A stretch of DNA of 64,000 nt, from positions 128,001 through 192,000 of the forward strand of contig NZ_CP157522.1 in NCBI RefSeq assembly GCF_049075655.1. Direction: 5' to 3'. Position 1 is the first letter of the stretch, and each line of letters starts with the position of its first letter. The notes under the pieces were generated by a model. It saw nothing but the letters and a program-made list of their open reading frames with translations. It was not told where the DNA came from and did no database searches. This document shows, piece after piece, positions 42,050 through 54,177 of this stretch. The DNA is from Methanothermococcus sp. Ax23 (GTDB taxonomy: Archaea; AGJL01; Methanococci; Methanococcales; Methanococcaceae). A program made the translations under genes and the position numbers.

Positions 42050-43315
42050 GTGAGTTTTATGTCATCATCAATATGGTATCTCTATGAATTTGTGAGAAAA
42101 AAATGGATTAAAAAATTTTTGGATGCCAAAACAGAAGAAGAAAGTGTTATTGCCCCAAAACGATACCGAAAGATTCCCCCAACTGTGGATTATCCTGAAA
42201 AATGTATAAGTTGTGGGGCATGTGAAGGTTCATGTCCATCATTTGCTATCGAAATGGTAGATAATTCAGAATATAATAAAAAAATTCCTGAAATAGATGC
42301 AGGAGCTTGTATAAGTTGTGGAAATTGTGTAGAATCATGTCCTACAAGAGTTTTAGAGATTGGAACATTAATGGAAGAAACAGATGGTCTTCCCTGGAAT
42401 GTTCCAAAATATACCAATTTAATAATCGATGAAGAGCTCTGTGTAAATTGTGGCTCCTGTAAATTAGTATGTCCTGTTGATGTAATTGGATATAATGAAA
42501 CTACCCATTTTATTGACGAAAATGGATGTATTGGTTGTAAGCGATGTATTGAAGCCTGCCCTGTGATTGATGCGATAAAAACCTATGATGAAAAGATATT
42601 AAAAGAAAAAATCGATAAATGCTATCGCCTAAAATTTGAAAGACTAATAACTAATGTCAAAGACAGCAATGACAAAAACTCTGATGGTAAAAAAGAAGGA
42701 AAAGAATGTGAAAAAGAAGAAGAAAATGATAATAAAAATAATAACTGTGAAAAAATCTCTGAAATTCCAAGAATAGTAAAAAGTCTCTGCATATCTTGCG
42801 AAAACTGTGTAGATGTATGTCCTGGACATATAGATTTAAAAAACTACAAAGTAGTTGAATGTGTAAAATGTGGAAACTGTATAGAAGTATGCCCAACCAC
42901 AGCAATGAGAATTGGAGAGGTTGTAAAAACCACCAAAATAAAGGACAAATGTTATATTATTGATGAGAATTCCTGTATTGGATGTAGAATTTGCTATAAA
43001 TTATGCAATGTCGATAATGCCATATTAATATCTAGCGAAACTCGACTACCTTATATAAATCCAGAATCTTGTGTAAGATGTGGATTATGTTATAGAGAAT
43101 GTCCTGTTGAGGTAATAAGTTTAACCAATACAGAAACAGTTTTCGAAAGATACAAACTGAGAAAAATAAAAGATGAATTTGAATCTGTGATTAGGTCAGA
43201 TTTAGAAGAATTCTCTAAGAATTACTTGATGTCAAAAAACGACATTGTAGAATTTGCAGAAATTAAGGTTAATGAGGCTGTTAATAACCATAAAAATAAA
43301 AAAATAGGCTCCTAA
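42050..43315 (+). CDS. ehaP: Eha-associated polyferredoxin
   Basis: About eight CxxCxxCxxxCP-type motifs; follows ehaO. Confidence 0.75.
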   Translation: MSFMSSSIWYLYEFVRKKWIKKFLDAKTEEESVIAPKRYRKIPPTVDYPEKCISCGACEGSCPSFAIEMVDNSEYNKKIPEIDAGACISCGNCVESCPTRVLEIGTLMEETDGLPWNVPKYTNLIIDEELCVNCGSCKLVCPVDVIGYNETTHFIDENGCIGCKRCIEACPVIDAIKTYDEKILKEKIDKCYRLKFERLITNVKDSNDKNSDGKKEGKECEKEEENDNKNNNCEKISEIPRIVKSLCISCENCVDVCPGHIDLKNYKVVECVKCGNCIEVCPTTAMRIGEVVKTTKIKDKCYIIDENSCIGCRICYKLCNVDNAILISSETRLPYINPESCVRCGLCYRECPVEVISLTNTETVFERYKLRKIKDEFESVIRSDLEEFSKNYLMSKNDIVEFAEIKVNEAVNNHKNKKIGS

Positions 43316-43364
43316 TCTAAAAATAAAAGTAAATAAACCAAATACAAATATAAAAAATAGAAGA

Positions 43365-43880
43365 ATGATTGATATGTCACCAAAAGTCATACCTGCTGAA
43401 GAGGTAATATATAGACATTTCAGAGATTTAGAAGTTGAGTTAAGTTTAGATGACAAAATCGTCAAAAAGCGGATTGATATTGACCATAAAAAATGTTTAT
43501 CCTGTAATATATGTGTTGAAGCATGTCCAATCAATATTATTGAATCAAATATCCCATTTCCGCCAATAATACATGAAAATTGTGTCTATTGCTCAACTTG
43601 TGTAGAGGCTTGCCCAGTGGATGCAATAGAAATCACCCACATTGTGGGTAAAATCTCCAAAGGAAATATAATCATTGAAAGATGGGCTAAAAATGAAAAA
43701 CTAATATATAATCGTATGAAATGCGTTTCCTGTCTTGTATGTATGAAAAACTGCCCATTTTGTGCCATATATGAATCAAAAGGAGCTGTTGGGTTTGATA
43801 TGGAAAAATGTCGCTTGTGCGGGCATTGTGGATATCTTTGTCCATCAGATGCCATAGATTTTGAAGGAGCTCCTGAGTAG
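43365..43880 (+). CDS. Eha-associated polyferredoxin (4 clusters)
   Basis: Four CxxCxxCxxxCP motifs. Confidence 0.85.
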   Translation: MIDMSPKVIPAEEVIYRHFRDLEVELSLDDKIVKKRIDIDHKKCLSCNICVEACPINIIESNIPFPPIIHENCVYCSTCVEACPVDAIEITHIVGKISKGNIIIERWAKNEKLIYNRMKCVSCLVCMKNCPFCAIYESKGAVGFDMEKCRLCGHCGYLCPSDAIDFEGAPE

Positions 43881-43900
43881 CTTAAAACTTAAACGGTGGT

Positions 43901-44674
43901 TTGATGATAACCATAAAAAAACCTATTAAAAAGATAATATCTGACATTTCAGATAATTTATGTTTTGATGAAGAAGAAGTCAATAAAATAATCCAAGAAA
44001 TAACAAATCTTTCTGAAAAATATATTTATGTATTTCCAAAAAAATGCGTAAGATGTGGATTATGTTATGAGGAATGCCCTGTTGATGCAATAACAAAACC
44101 TACTGTAAGAAAACCTGCTGAGATAATACCTGAAAAATGTGTAAAATGTGAAATATGTGCTAAAACTTGTCCTGTTGATGCCATTGAAGTTTTAGATGGT
44201 GAGGCATATCTAAATGGAGACAGCATAATATATAAATTAAAAGAAACCGAAGTCCAACATAGGACTGTTCGATTAAAAAAATACGATATAGATTTGGAAA
44301 ACTGTATAAAATGTGGAATTTGCGATAGATACTGCCCAACAAAAGCAATCCATGTGGAGAGAAGAAAAAGTTTCGATGTAAATTTGGATTTATGCGTTGG
44401 ATGTAAAGCATGTGAAAATGTTTGTCCAAAAAAAGTAATAAAAGTCCAAAATGAACTGGGAGAAATTCCATTTAATAAGGACATTACCGTAGATAACGAT
44501 ACCTGTATAAAATGTCTTGCCTGTATCGATGAATGCCCTGTTAATGCCATAGATGAGATTAATGAAGGGGTGGAAATAAACAAATCGACATGCATATATT
44601 GTGGAAGATGTGAAAAAGTCTGTCCTGTGCATGCTATTGAGATTAAACAATTAAATAATGATATAAAAAATTAA
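43901..44674 (+). CDS. Eha-associated polyferredoxin (6 clusters)
   Basis: Six CxxCxxCxxxCP motifs. Confidence 0.85.
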   Translation: MMITIKKPIKKIISDISDNLCFDEEEVNKIIQEITNLSEKYIYVFPKKCVRCGLCYEECPVDAITKPTVRKPAEIIPEKCVKCEICAKTCPVDAIEVLDGEAYLNGDSIIYKLKETEVQHRTVRLKKYDIDLENCIKCGICDRYCPTKAIHVERRKSFDVNLDLCVGCKACENVCPKKVIKVQNELGEIPFNKDITVDNDTCIKCLACIDECPVNAIDEINEGVEINKSTCIYCGRCEKVCPVHAIEIKQLNNDIKN

Positions 44675-44723
44675 AATAGATAAAAAATTAAATAAAAATA
44701 TTAGTATATATTATTAAAAATAG

Positions 44724-45365
44724 GTGGGGTTAATTATGAAAGTAAAGGAATTAATGGATACTAAATTTTTAAGAATATATCCAGATTATACTGCTAAAAA
44801 AACCATAGAGCTCATGTATAGAAAAAAAAGATACAGCACCGCAGTTCTTGACAATAAGGATAAATTAATTGGATGGGTCATGTCAATAGATTTGGCATTA
44901 ATTGATGATAAAACTAAAAAAATAGAGGAAATAATGCATCCTCTTGAAGATGTAATTACATTGCATGAAAATGACCCTGCAAGGGACGCAGTTGTAAAGA
45001 TTGTGGAATATAAGGTAATGAGCATACCTGTCCTAAATAATGAGGGAAAGGTTGTGGGAATGGTTAGAAACTGCGATATAACAAAAACACTTGCAAAATT
45101 ATATGATATTCCAGTTTATAATCTATTCAAAACCTTTGAAAAAGAGCTGAAAGGTATAACATGGGATGAGCTCATGGAAGCCGCAGCAGTTGTAACAAAA
45201 CATACTACTGGGGAGGATATATCTGCCAAAGAATATGAAAAAAGAATAGAAAACACAACCTTCGGTCAGGCATTGTGGGCGTGCGGAGGTTTGGAAAAAT
45301 TCTTTGCAGGATTGATAAAAATTGGAGAAATTGCCATTGCTAGAAGAGTGGCTAAGGTAAGATAA
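44724..45365 (+). CDS. CBS domain protein
   Basis: VKELM..., IPVLNNEGKVVGMV CBS pair. Confidence 0.8.
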   Translation: MGLIMKVKELMDTKFLRIYPDYTAKKTIELMYRKKRYSTAVLDNKDKLIGWVMSIDLALIDDKTKKIEEIMHPLEDVITLHENDPARDAVVKIVEYKVMSIPVLNNEGKVVGMVRNCDITKTLAKLYDIPVYNLFKTFEKELKGITWDELMEAAAVVTKHTTGEDISAKEYEKRIENTTFGQALWACGGLEKFFAGLIKIGEIAIARRVAKVR

Positions 45366-45403
45366 TGGAATATTATTTAATATATTATTTATGTTTGTAA
45401 ATA

Positions 45404-45853
45404 TTACAATTCTTTATTGCACCATCTTTTAACTATTTCTTTAACTATATCATAAGAGCTATGGAATGGACATTTTGTATAATTCTCAACCTTCACAACC
45501 TCTGTTTTTAAATCATGTTTTTTCAATTCATCCTTTAACTCTTGGATTTTAAATGTGGTCTGGTCAGGACCTAATACTATAAAATCTGGTTTTATTTTTA
45601 ATATTGGTTCTAATTTGTCAGTTAAACTTCCAAGTATTGCTTTATCAACTGGTTTAATTGCTTCAACCATCATCCGTCGCTGTTCTTCTGGAATTATGGG
45701 CTTTCTCCCCTTTATCTTTTTTACAGTCTCATCTCGTGCTATGATAACGATTAATTCATCTCCCAAACTTTTTGCGTAATTTAACGTATTATAATGCCCA
45801 GGATGTAATAAATCAAAAGTCCCGGCTGTCATCACTATCTTCTTTTTTCTCAT
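45404..45853 (-). CDS. ribL: archaeal FAD synthase
   Basis: [15 protein letters not shown] and C-terminal CPFHSS motifs. Confidence 0.88.
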   Translation of the reverse strand: MRKKKIVMTAGTFDLLHPGHYNTLNYAKSLGDELIVIIARDETVKKIKGRKPIIPEEQRRMMVEAIKPVDKAILGSLTDKLEPILKIKPDFIVLGPDQTTFKIQELKDELKKHDLKTEVVKVENYTKCPFHSSYDIVKEIVKRWCNKEL

Positions 45854-45999
45854 GCTATCATCTTTTTAAGTATAATAATACATTCACAATTATTTTATCA
45901 TTATTTTATTTTTATAATATCAAATAGTATTTTAACCTTTTTAACCATTATTTATTTTTCCTTCTTTTTCTGTTTAATCTTATTATATACTCCCTTTAT

Positions 46000-47046
46000 C
46001 TACTTACTTATATTTCCGTATTTTTCCTTTAATTTCACCTTCCATATGGCATCAAATGCCCCAACAATTAAAGGACCTATTGCAAATCCTCCAAGTCCCA
46101 ATGTAAGTGGTCCCACTAAAAAGGCTATTAAAATTAGAGAAGGATGAACATCGCTTTCTTTTTTGACTATTAAAGGCCTTATAATAAAATCCGGCAGAGT
46201 AGATAAGAATATCGCACCAAATAACAACAATTCGATACCCTTTAATACCTCACCTACTATTATGTAATATATTGAAATAGGGATATATACCGCCCATCCC
46301 CCAATTATTGGCAAAAGTGCAAAAACACCAGTTATAACTGCCAAAATAAATGCATTTGGGATTCCAATTATATAATACCCAATGCCTGAAATCACACCAA
46401 TAACAATAGATGTTAGAACATTTCCAATAAATAGGTTCTTATAAGATTCATTTAAATTATTTAGAAACAGTTCTGTTTTTTTATGGTATTTATCAGGCAC
46501 CTGAGCCAATATTGCCTTTTTAACCATATGTCCATCCTTTAAAAAATAATATGTCATGAATAAAACAACCATTGTTTTTACAACCATTTCTGGCAAAATC
46601 ATAATCTGAGATAATGAATTTTTTACATAAGGTTCCAAATATACCCAAGTTTGAGATAGGTATTCAAATAATGTTTTTTCATCTACCTGCCAAGAATATC
46701 CAAAAATACCTGATATTTTATACAAAACTTCATTTAAACTTTTTACTATATCTATGCTTTGTAAATCTATGCTTTGTATATTAATTTGCTGTAAAAATAC
46801 TACCAATTCTTTTAATACTATGTATCCTACAATAACCGTTGGTATGATAAATACCAATAGGCATATCAATGCAGCAATGGAATTTCCCGCATATGGTTTA
46901 ATTTTATCATATATTGGTTTTCCCATATATGCAAATGCACATGAAAGAGCTAGCGTGTCTAAAAAGGGATATACCATATACATAATAGACAAAAACACTA
47001 CTAAAATAAATATTTTCATTAACAATCTATATTCATCGTTGTTCAT
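46000..47046 (-). CDS. AI-2E (UPF0118) family transporter
   Basis: YYFLKDG, LPIIGG, DFIIRP, HP and GP motifs; multiple TM segments. Confidence 0.85.
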   Translation of the reverse strand: MNNDEYRLLMKIFILVVFLSIMYMVYPFLDTLALSCAFAYMGKPIYDKIKPYAGNSIAALICLLVFIIPTVIVGYIVLKELVVFLQQINIQSIDLQSIDIVKSLNEVLYKISGIFGYSWQVDEKTLFEYLSQTWVYLEPYVKNSLSQIMILPEMVVKTMVVLFMTYYFLKDGHMVKKAILAQVPDKYHKKTELFLNNLNESYKNLFIGNVLTSIVIGVISGIGYYIIGIPNAFILAVITGVFALLPIIGGWAVYIPISIYYIIVGEVLKGIELLLFGAIFLSTLPDFIIRPLIVKKESDVHPSLILIAFLVGPLTLGLGGFAIGPLIVGAFDAIWKVKLKEKYGNISK

Positions 47047-47136
47047 ATTTTACCCCCTAAAATATATGGTTAAATATTAGTAATTATATATCATTGGTTA
47101 TACATTATTAAAATATAAAAGTTTATAAAAAAATCG

Positions 47137-49062
47137 GTGAGGGGTATGAATATATTAATAGATGCTTCAAATGAAAAATACGAAATTATAAATAAAGAAT
47201 TTTTTCCGCTAAACTGGGGCATATATCTCCATAATAAATATGAAACATGGAAATATGACGTTTATAATGAAAATAACATATTCTGTTTTGGAAGGGGCGT
47301 TATACCCATAATAGGAGGAAATAGACTTATATTTTCATTTAGGTCTCCCCTTTGGGATGGATTCCACTTCTCCGCAATGGGCGGTGCAGGATATGTATTT
47401 AAGGACACAGGATTAAATAATGTTGCAATAATTGGAAAATGTGAAAAACCGAGTTTGTTAATATTGGACAGGGAAGGTGAAGAATTAAAAATAGATTTTA
47501 TGGAACTTAAAGATTACGATATAAAAAATTATAAAAGTGTATATGATTTAAGTGAATATATATTAGAAAAATTCAATGAAAAGAATTTTAGGGCATTTGT
47601 TGTGGGTCCTGCATCATTAAATACAAACATGGGTGGAATATTTTCCCAAACTGTAAAAAACGGAAAGTTTGTTGAAGGTTCCGAGGACTGGGCTGCACGA
47701 GGTGGAGTAGGTTCTGCATTATACAGGGCTCATAACATTTTAGGAGTGGTATATTACGGTGGAAGTGAAATAATAAATGAAGAACTAAAAAAACAGAAGG
47801 ATTTGGAAAAGAGATTGAGAAAAATTGTGGAGGAACACTATAACAAACCATATACAAAGGTTGTTCTCGAACATACCAAAAAATACCGATACAACGAAGA
47901 AACAGAAACTGGAGGAACTTTTGGAAATAACTATCATTATACCCTTGATATCACACCAATATTTAATTGGAGAATGCCATACATTCCCAAAAATACCAGA
48001 ATAGCACTTCACAAAAAAATAATGGAATATTTTGTGGCAAGATTCAACAAAGAATCCATAGAACCTAAAAAATGGACTAACTGCGGGGAACCCTGCCCAG
48101 TATTGTGCAAAAAATATAGAAATGGTTTAAAGGTAGATTATGAGCCCTATGAAGCAAATGGTCCCTTATTGGGAATATTTGACATATATGCCACAGATAA
48201 GGTCGTGCATACTGTGGATGCCCTTGGTTTTGATGCCATAGAGTTTGGAAATTTAGCATCATGGGTATTTGAACTGCTGGATGTTGGACTTTTAAAACCA
48301 GAAGAAGTTGGAATAGATAAACCAGTATTTGATATAAATGATTTCCAAACTGACGAGGATATATTGAAAAATTCAAGCCATAATGCAGAGCTCGCGGTAA
48401 AACTTGCAAATATTGTGGCATTCAACGAAAATGAAATTGGAAAGATATTGGCACTTGGAAAAAGAAAGGCATCAAATATCTTAAATGAGAAATTTAAAGA
48501 TAGGTTAAATAACAATGATGAATTCCCATATAAAAAATTTAACGACTATGCTGTTTATGTGCCTTTTGGAGATAATGGAGAAATATCTCCAACACTTTAT
48601 TGGGCAATTGGAAACTTTATGCCCTATCTTATTCAAGGAAAGTATTTAACATACTACCAATGCGGAGAATTTTTAGAGCCAGAAGAACTGGCAAAACTGA
48701 GCGTTGAAAGGGTTATTGAGGAAATAACAATAGAGGATTTAGGTATTTGTAGATTCCATAGAAAGTGGATTTATCCTGTGATTGAATTACTTTTAAAGGA
48801 AATAACCGATGTAGATTTAAATTCTACAATTAAAGAGCTAATTAAAGATATTTACGAATACGATAAAAAAATAGGATATCCAAAGTATATAGAAAGCCAT
48901 AGAGTTAAAGATTTAATAGTGGCTGGTGCAGAAGAGTTTGGAAATGATAAATGGGCAGTAGAGTTTGAAAATGAGGGTGAAGCAAAAATTAAAGAATACA
49001 TAAAAAGAGTTCTGGATGAATACAGTAGATTATTGGAAATTGATTGGAGAATAGAGGAATAA
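47137..49062 (+). CDS. gor: glyceraldehyde-3-phosphate:ferredoxin oxidoreductase
   Basis: SPLWDG..SAMGGAG, DWAARGG, CGEPCP..CKK, DYEPY and CRFHR motifs of GAPOR. Confidence 0.9.
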   Translation: MRGMNILIDASNEKYEIINKEFFPLNWGIYLHNKYETWKYDVYNENNIFCFGRGVIPIIGGNRLIFSFRSPLWDGFHFSAMGGAGYVFKDTGLNNVAIIGKCEKPSLLILDREGEELKIDFMELKDYDIKNYKSVYDLSEYILEKFNEKNFRAFVVGPASLNTNMGGIFSQTVKNGKFVEGSEDWAARGGVGSALYRAHNILGVVYYGGSEIINEELKKQKDLEKRLRKIVEEHYNKPYTKVVLEHTKKYRYNEETETGGTFGNNYHYTLDITPIFNWRMPYIPKNTRIALHKKIMEYFVARFNKESIEPKKWTNCGEPCPVLCKKYRNGLKVDYEPYEANGPLLGIFDIYATDKVVHTVDALGFDAIEFGNLASWVFELLDVGLLKPEEVGIDKPVFDINDFQTDEDILKNSSHNAELAVKLANIVAFNENEIGKILALGKRKASNILNEKFKDRLNNNDEFPYKKFNDYAVYVPFGDNGEISPTLYWAIGNFMPYLIQGKYLTYYQCGEFLEPEELAKLSVERVIEEITIEDLGICRFHRKWIYPVIELLLKEITDVDLNSTIKELIKDIYEYDKKIGYPKYIESHRVKDLIVAGAEEFGNDKWAVEFENEGEAKIKEYIKRVLDEYSRLLEIDWRIEE

Positions 49063-49104
49063 AACCTTTCTAAGTAGGCGACAATATATTAATTCACTAA
49101 TAGG

Positions 49105-49442
49105 CTGACCTACTCCAACGAGTGAACTCGTTGGGTTCTCGCTTACGGTAGTAAGCGAGCAACGAAATCACGAAGTGATTTCGTCTAATTTTAGTAGGGT
49201 TTAACCCTACACGGGTGGCCAAACCCACTACCCCTATCCCCGTTTAGGAGATTCAGGGCTACCTTTTGAACTTCCAACCACTACCAGCGGTAGAGTTTTC
49301 ACTAACCCTACCCATAGATACTTGGACTGGTAGCGTTACTTACTATTAATCTTCTCATATTTATATTTTACTACTTACTAGCCGATATAATGTCCGCCTC
49401 TCATCCAACGATTAAAATCGTTGGCTTTCTCGGCGGTTTATC
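49105..49442 (-). mobile_element. internally deleted derivative of the IS1341-type element at 2477-3953
   Basis: On the - strand: TTAC|GATAAACCGCC.. left end, a ~50-bp piece of tnpB (about 3105-3155), the tnpB 3' end and right end ..GTAGGTCAG. Confidence 0.9.
49139..49189. repeat. 51-bp double-hairpin micro-insertion in the right-end/omega-RNA region
   Basis: Absent from the homologous position at about 3919; homologous to 2891-2937 with compensatory stem changes. Confidence 0.88.
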
Positions 49443-49484
49443 GTAAAATATAAAAGAATATAAAAAAATAAAATAATATTAATA

Positions 49485-50897
49485 TTAATTTTTATCCAAT
49501 TTCTTTTTTAGAATCTCTACGACCTTCTTAGGTTCTGCTCTTCCTCTTGTTAATTTCATTACCTGTCCCATTAGGAAGTTTAATGCAACTTTGTTTCCGC
49601 TTAAATAATCTTGCACTGCCTGAGGGTTGTTTTTTATAGCCTCATCGCAGGCATTTTCGAGAACATCATCAGAAGTAATTACAGTTAAACCGAGCTCCTC
49701 TATAATTTCCTTTGGTGATTTTTCACCCCTGTTTTCAACCATTATTTCAATTACTTTTTTACCAATCTTTTGGCTGATGGTTTTACTTGTAATTAATTTT
49801 ATCAATTCCGTTAAATGTTCAGGTTTTAAATTGCTTTCAAAGAAATCTATTTTATTATATGCTAAAACCCTTCTTAATTCATTTCTTATCCAGGTTACTG
49901 CAAGACCTACATTCTCCTCATTTACTCCAAGGTCATTTACAACCTTTTCAAACACATCTGCAAGAGCCAAATCAGAAACAAGCACTTTTGCATCTTCCAT
50001 TTTTATATTATATTGCTCTACAAATCTCTTTTCCTTTTCCATAGGAGTTTCAGGCATCTGAGCTTCCACTTCTTTTACCCAGTTTTCATCTATCACAATA
50101 GGCTGAAGGTCTGGGTCTGGAATATATCTATAATCATCTGCGGTTTCTTTGCTTCTCATTGCCTTTGTAATCATTTGGGATTCCATAAATGCCCTTGTTT
50201 CCCTCTTAATTTCTCCCCCTCTTCTGAGTATGTTTTTCTGTCTTATGAATTCATACTTTAAAACTTTATAAACTCCTTTGATGGAATTGACGTTCTTTAC
50301 CTCAACCCTGTTTCCTTGAATACCGTTGTAATTGACAGATATATTCACATCTGCCCTCATTGTCCCTTCTCCTCTCAGATGACCTATGTATCTGAACAAT
50401 CTCATGAGCTGTTTTAAAAACTCCCTAGCTTCCTCTGGGTTCTTTATATCAGGCTCAGATACTATCTCAATAAGAGGCGTTCCACTTCTGTTGTAATCTA
50501 CGACCCCCAAATCAGGTTTATACTGTCCAGGGTCTTCTTCAAGATGCACCTCTGTAATACCAACGCCTAAAAAGTTTCCATTAACGCCTATTGGAACAGA
50601 GGTTCTTTGGTATCCACTAGGTAAATCAGGATAATTATAGTGTTTTCTCTGGAAGTAAATGTCTTTATCCAAAACTATCTCACATCCGAGCATTTTTGCC
50701 ACCATAATTGCTATATCCACTGCCTTTTTATTTGGTGGCATTGGTCGAGCTCCGGGATGTGCTATACACACAGGGCAAATATTCGTGTTTGGTGGGACAT
50801 CGTTATAATTTGTAGGGCATCTACAAAACAATTTAGATTTTGTATCGACCTGAACATGTATTTCTAATCCACATTTCATAGACACATTTTCATCCAT
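49485..50897 (-). CDS. gatB: Asp-tRNA(Asn)/Glu-tRNA(Gln) amidotransferase subunit B
   Basis: GLEIHVQ, HLEED, DYNRSGTPLIEIV and YRYIPDPDL motifs. Confidence 0.96.
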   Translation of the reverse strand: MDENVSMKCGLEIHVQVDTKSKLFCRCPTNYNDVPPNTNICPVCIAHPGARPMPPNKKAVDIAIMVAKMLGCEIVLDKDIYFQRKHYNYPDLPSGYQRTSVPIGVNGNFLGVGITEVHLEEDPGQYKPDLGVVDYNRSGTPLIEIVSEPDIKNPEEAREFLKQLMRLFRYIGHLRGEGTMRADVNISVNYNGIQGNRVEVKNVNSIKGVYKVLKYEFIRQKNILRRGGEIKRETRAFMESQMITKAMRSKETADDYRYIPDPDLQPIVIDENWVKEVEAQMPETPMEKEKRFVEQYNIKMEDAKVLVSDLALADVFEKVVNDLGVNEENVGLAVTWIRNELRRVLAYNKIDFFESNLKPEHLTELIKLITSKTISQKIGKKVIEIMVENRGEKSPKEIIEELGLTVITSDDVLENACDEAIKNNPQAVQDYLSGNKVALNFLMGQVMKLTRGRAEPKKVVEILKKKLDKN

Positions 50898-51011
50898 GTA
50901 ATCACCGTAAAAATATAATTTTAATTATTTTAAATAATATTACAACCAGTATTTAAAGTTTTTATAAATATGTAAAATAATCAAAAATCCATGTTTATAA
51001 AAAATAAGGAA

Positions 51012-52496
51012 TTAAATTAATAAATTTATACCTTCCATCACAGCTTCAACAGATGCTCTTACAATATCCCCCTGGGCATTTTTAACCTCAACCACTTCAT
51101 GACCTCTTCTCAACTTAACAACCACTTCAACAAGGGCATCTGTTCCACCACCTATGGATTTTACATGGTAATCCTCTAATGTAATATCTGCAACACCACT
51201 TAATGCCTTTCTTATAGCATTTATTGCAGCATCCACAGGACCAACACCAAATGCAGTTTCTATAAGCTGTTCCTTTTTACACTCATCTGCAAAGTCCAGT
51301 CTGATTGAAGCTACTGGTGTTATTTTGTTTCCAGACACAACAGTGAGCTCATCCAATAGTATTTTTTTCTCAACAGATTCTCCTTTTACTTCGTTTATTA
51401 TTGTTTTTAAATCAATATCTGAAATGTATTTTCCTAAATCCCCGAGATTTTTTATTTTATCATATACCTTTTCAAATTCTTCATTTGTAAGTTTTATATC
51501 CATAAGTTCAAGTTTGTATTTTAAAGCCGCCTTTCCGCTGTGTTTTCCAAGTATTATCCTTCTTCTATTCCCAACAGCTTCTGGTGATATTGGTTCATAG
51601 GTCTGAGTGTTTTTAATAAGTCCATCAACGTGTATTCCTGCCTCATGGGCAAAGGCATTGTCTCCCACTATTGCTTTGTTTGGTGGGACTGGTAACTTCA
51701 TCAATCTTGATACAACTCTTGATGTTTCGTAGAGTTTTTCAGTCTTTACATTCGTTTTAATATCATAAAGTGTATGAAGTGCCATTACAACCTCTTCAAG
51801 TGATGAGTTTCCTGCCCTCTCACCTATTCCATTTATTGTTAAGTGGCACTGCTGAGCTCCTCCTCTTATTGCTGAAATTGTATTTGCAGTAGCCATTCCA
51901 AAATCATTATGGCAGTGGGCAGATACAGGAACTGGCACATTTTCGCTTAGGGTTTTAAACAATTCATAAGACCTCTCCGGTGTTAAAACTCCAACAGTAT
52001 CGCATACGCACGCCCTATCTGCCCCCAACTCTGCACCTCTATTGAAAAGTTCTATTAAAAACTCCACATCGCTTCTTGTGGCATCCTCTGCGGAGAGCTC
52101 TACAATCAAACCATGTTCTTTTGCATGTTCAACAGCTTTTAGTGCTGATTCAAGGGTTTCCTCTTTTGTTTTTCTCAGTTTATATTTCATATGTATTTCT
52201 GATGTTGGAACCACAAGATGAACACTATCTACATCACATTCAAGAGCATAATCTATATCAACAGGCAGAGCTCTTACAAAGGAACATATTTCAGCATTCA
52301 AATCCTGTTTGGTTATAAGTTTTATACCTTCTCGCTCTCCCTTGGATGTTATAGCACTTCCTGCTTCTATTATATCTACCCCTAATTCATCCAGTTTTAA
52401 AGCTATTTCAAGTTTTTCATTTGGAGTTAAAGAAACCCCCGGGGTTTGTTCTCCGTCTCTCAATGTAGTATCAAATATCTTTACCATAAAAATCAC
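51012..52496 (-). CDS. cimA: (R)-citramalate synthase
   Basis: DTTLRDGEQ, HCHNDFG and GERAGN motifs; N-terminus closely resembles methanococcal CimA (EICSFVRALPVDID). Confidence 0.85.
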   Translation of the reverse strand: MIFMVKIFDTTLRDGEQTPGVSLTPNEKLEIALKLDELGVDIIEAGSAITSKGEREGIKLITKQDLNAEICSFVRALPVDIDYALECDVDSVHLVVPTSEIHMKYKLRKTKEETLESALKAVEHAKEHGLIVELSAEDATRSDVEFLIELFNRGAELGADRACVCDTVGVLTPERSYELFKTLSENVPVPVSAHCHNDFGMATANTISAIRGGAQQCHLTINGIGERAGNSSLEEVVMALHTLYDIKTNVKTEKLYETSRVVSRLMKLPVPPNKAIVGDNAFAHEAGIHVDGLIKNTQTYEPISPEAVGNRRRIILGKHSGKAALKYKLELMDIKLTNEEFEKVYDKIKNLGDLGKYISDIDLKTIINEVKGESVEKKILLDELTVVSGNKITPVASIRLDFADECKKEQLIETAFGVGPVDAAINAIRKALSGVADITLEDYHVKSIGGGTDALVEVVVKLRRGHEVVEVKNAQGDIVRASVEAVMEGINLLI

Positions 52497-52677
52497 TCAA
52501 TTCTTAATTATGCATTTAAAATATTCCTAATATAAATTTAATATCATGTATTATAGCTCAATACCATTAACAATTAATCATTATAAATTTATAAAAACTT
52601 TTTTATATTCTATTGGATTATACAATAATGATTAATTTATAGCAGTATTATTTAATTCTTATCCATATTTATAATAG

Positions 52678-54111
<1,434 letters not shown>

Positions 54112-54177
54112 ATAATAATAAAATAAAATATAAAAAAACTAAAAATAAAATAATATATAAAAATAAAAAAATTTATT

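Noticed and set aside
42650-42760. Charged Asn/Lys/Glu-rich segment in the Eha polyferredoxin
   Set aside because: Low-complexity linker with no palindromic or repeat structure
44065-44595. Long antisense ORFs opposite conserved genes (also 55142-55693 and 60404-61030)
   Set aside because: Shadow ORFs with no RBS or recognisable motifs
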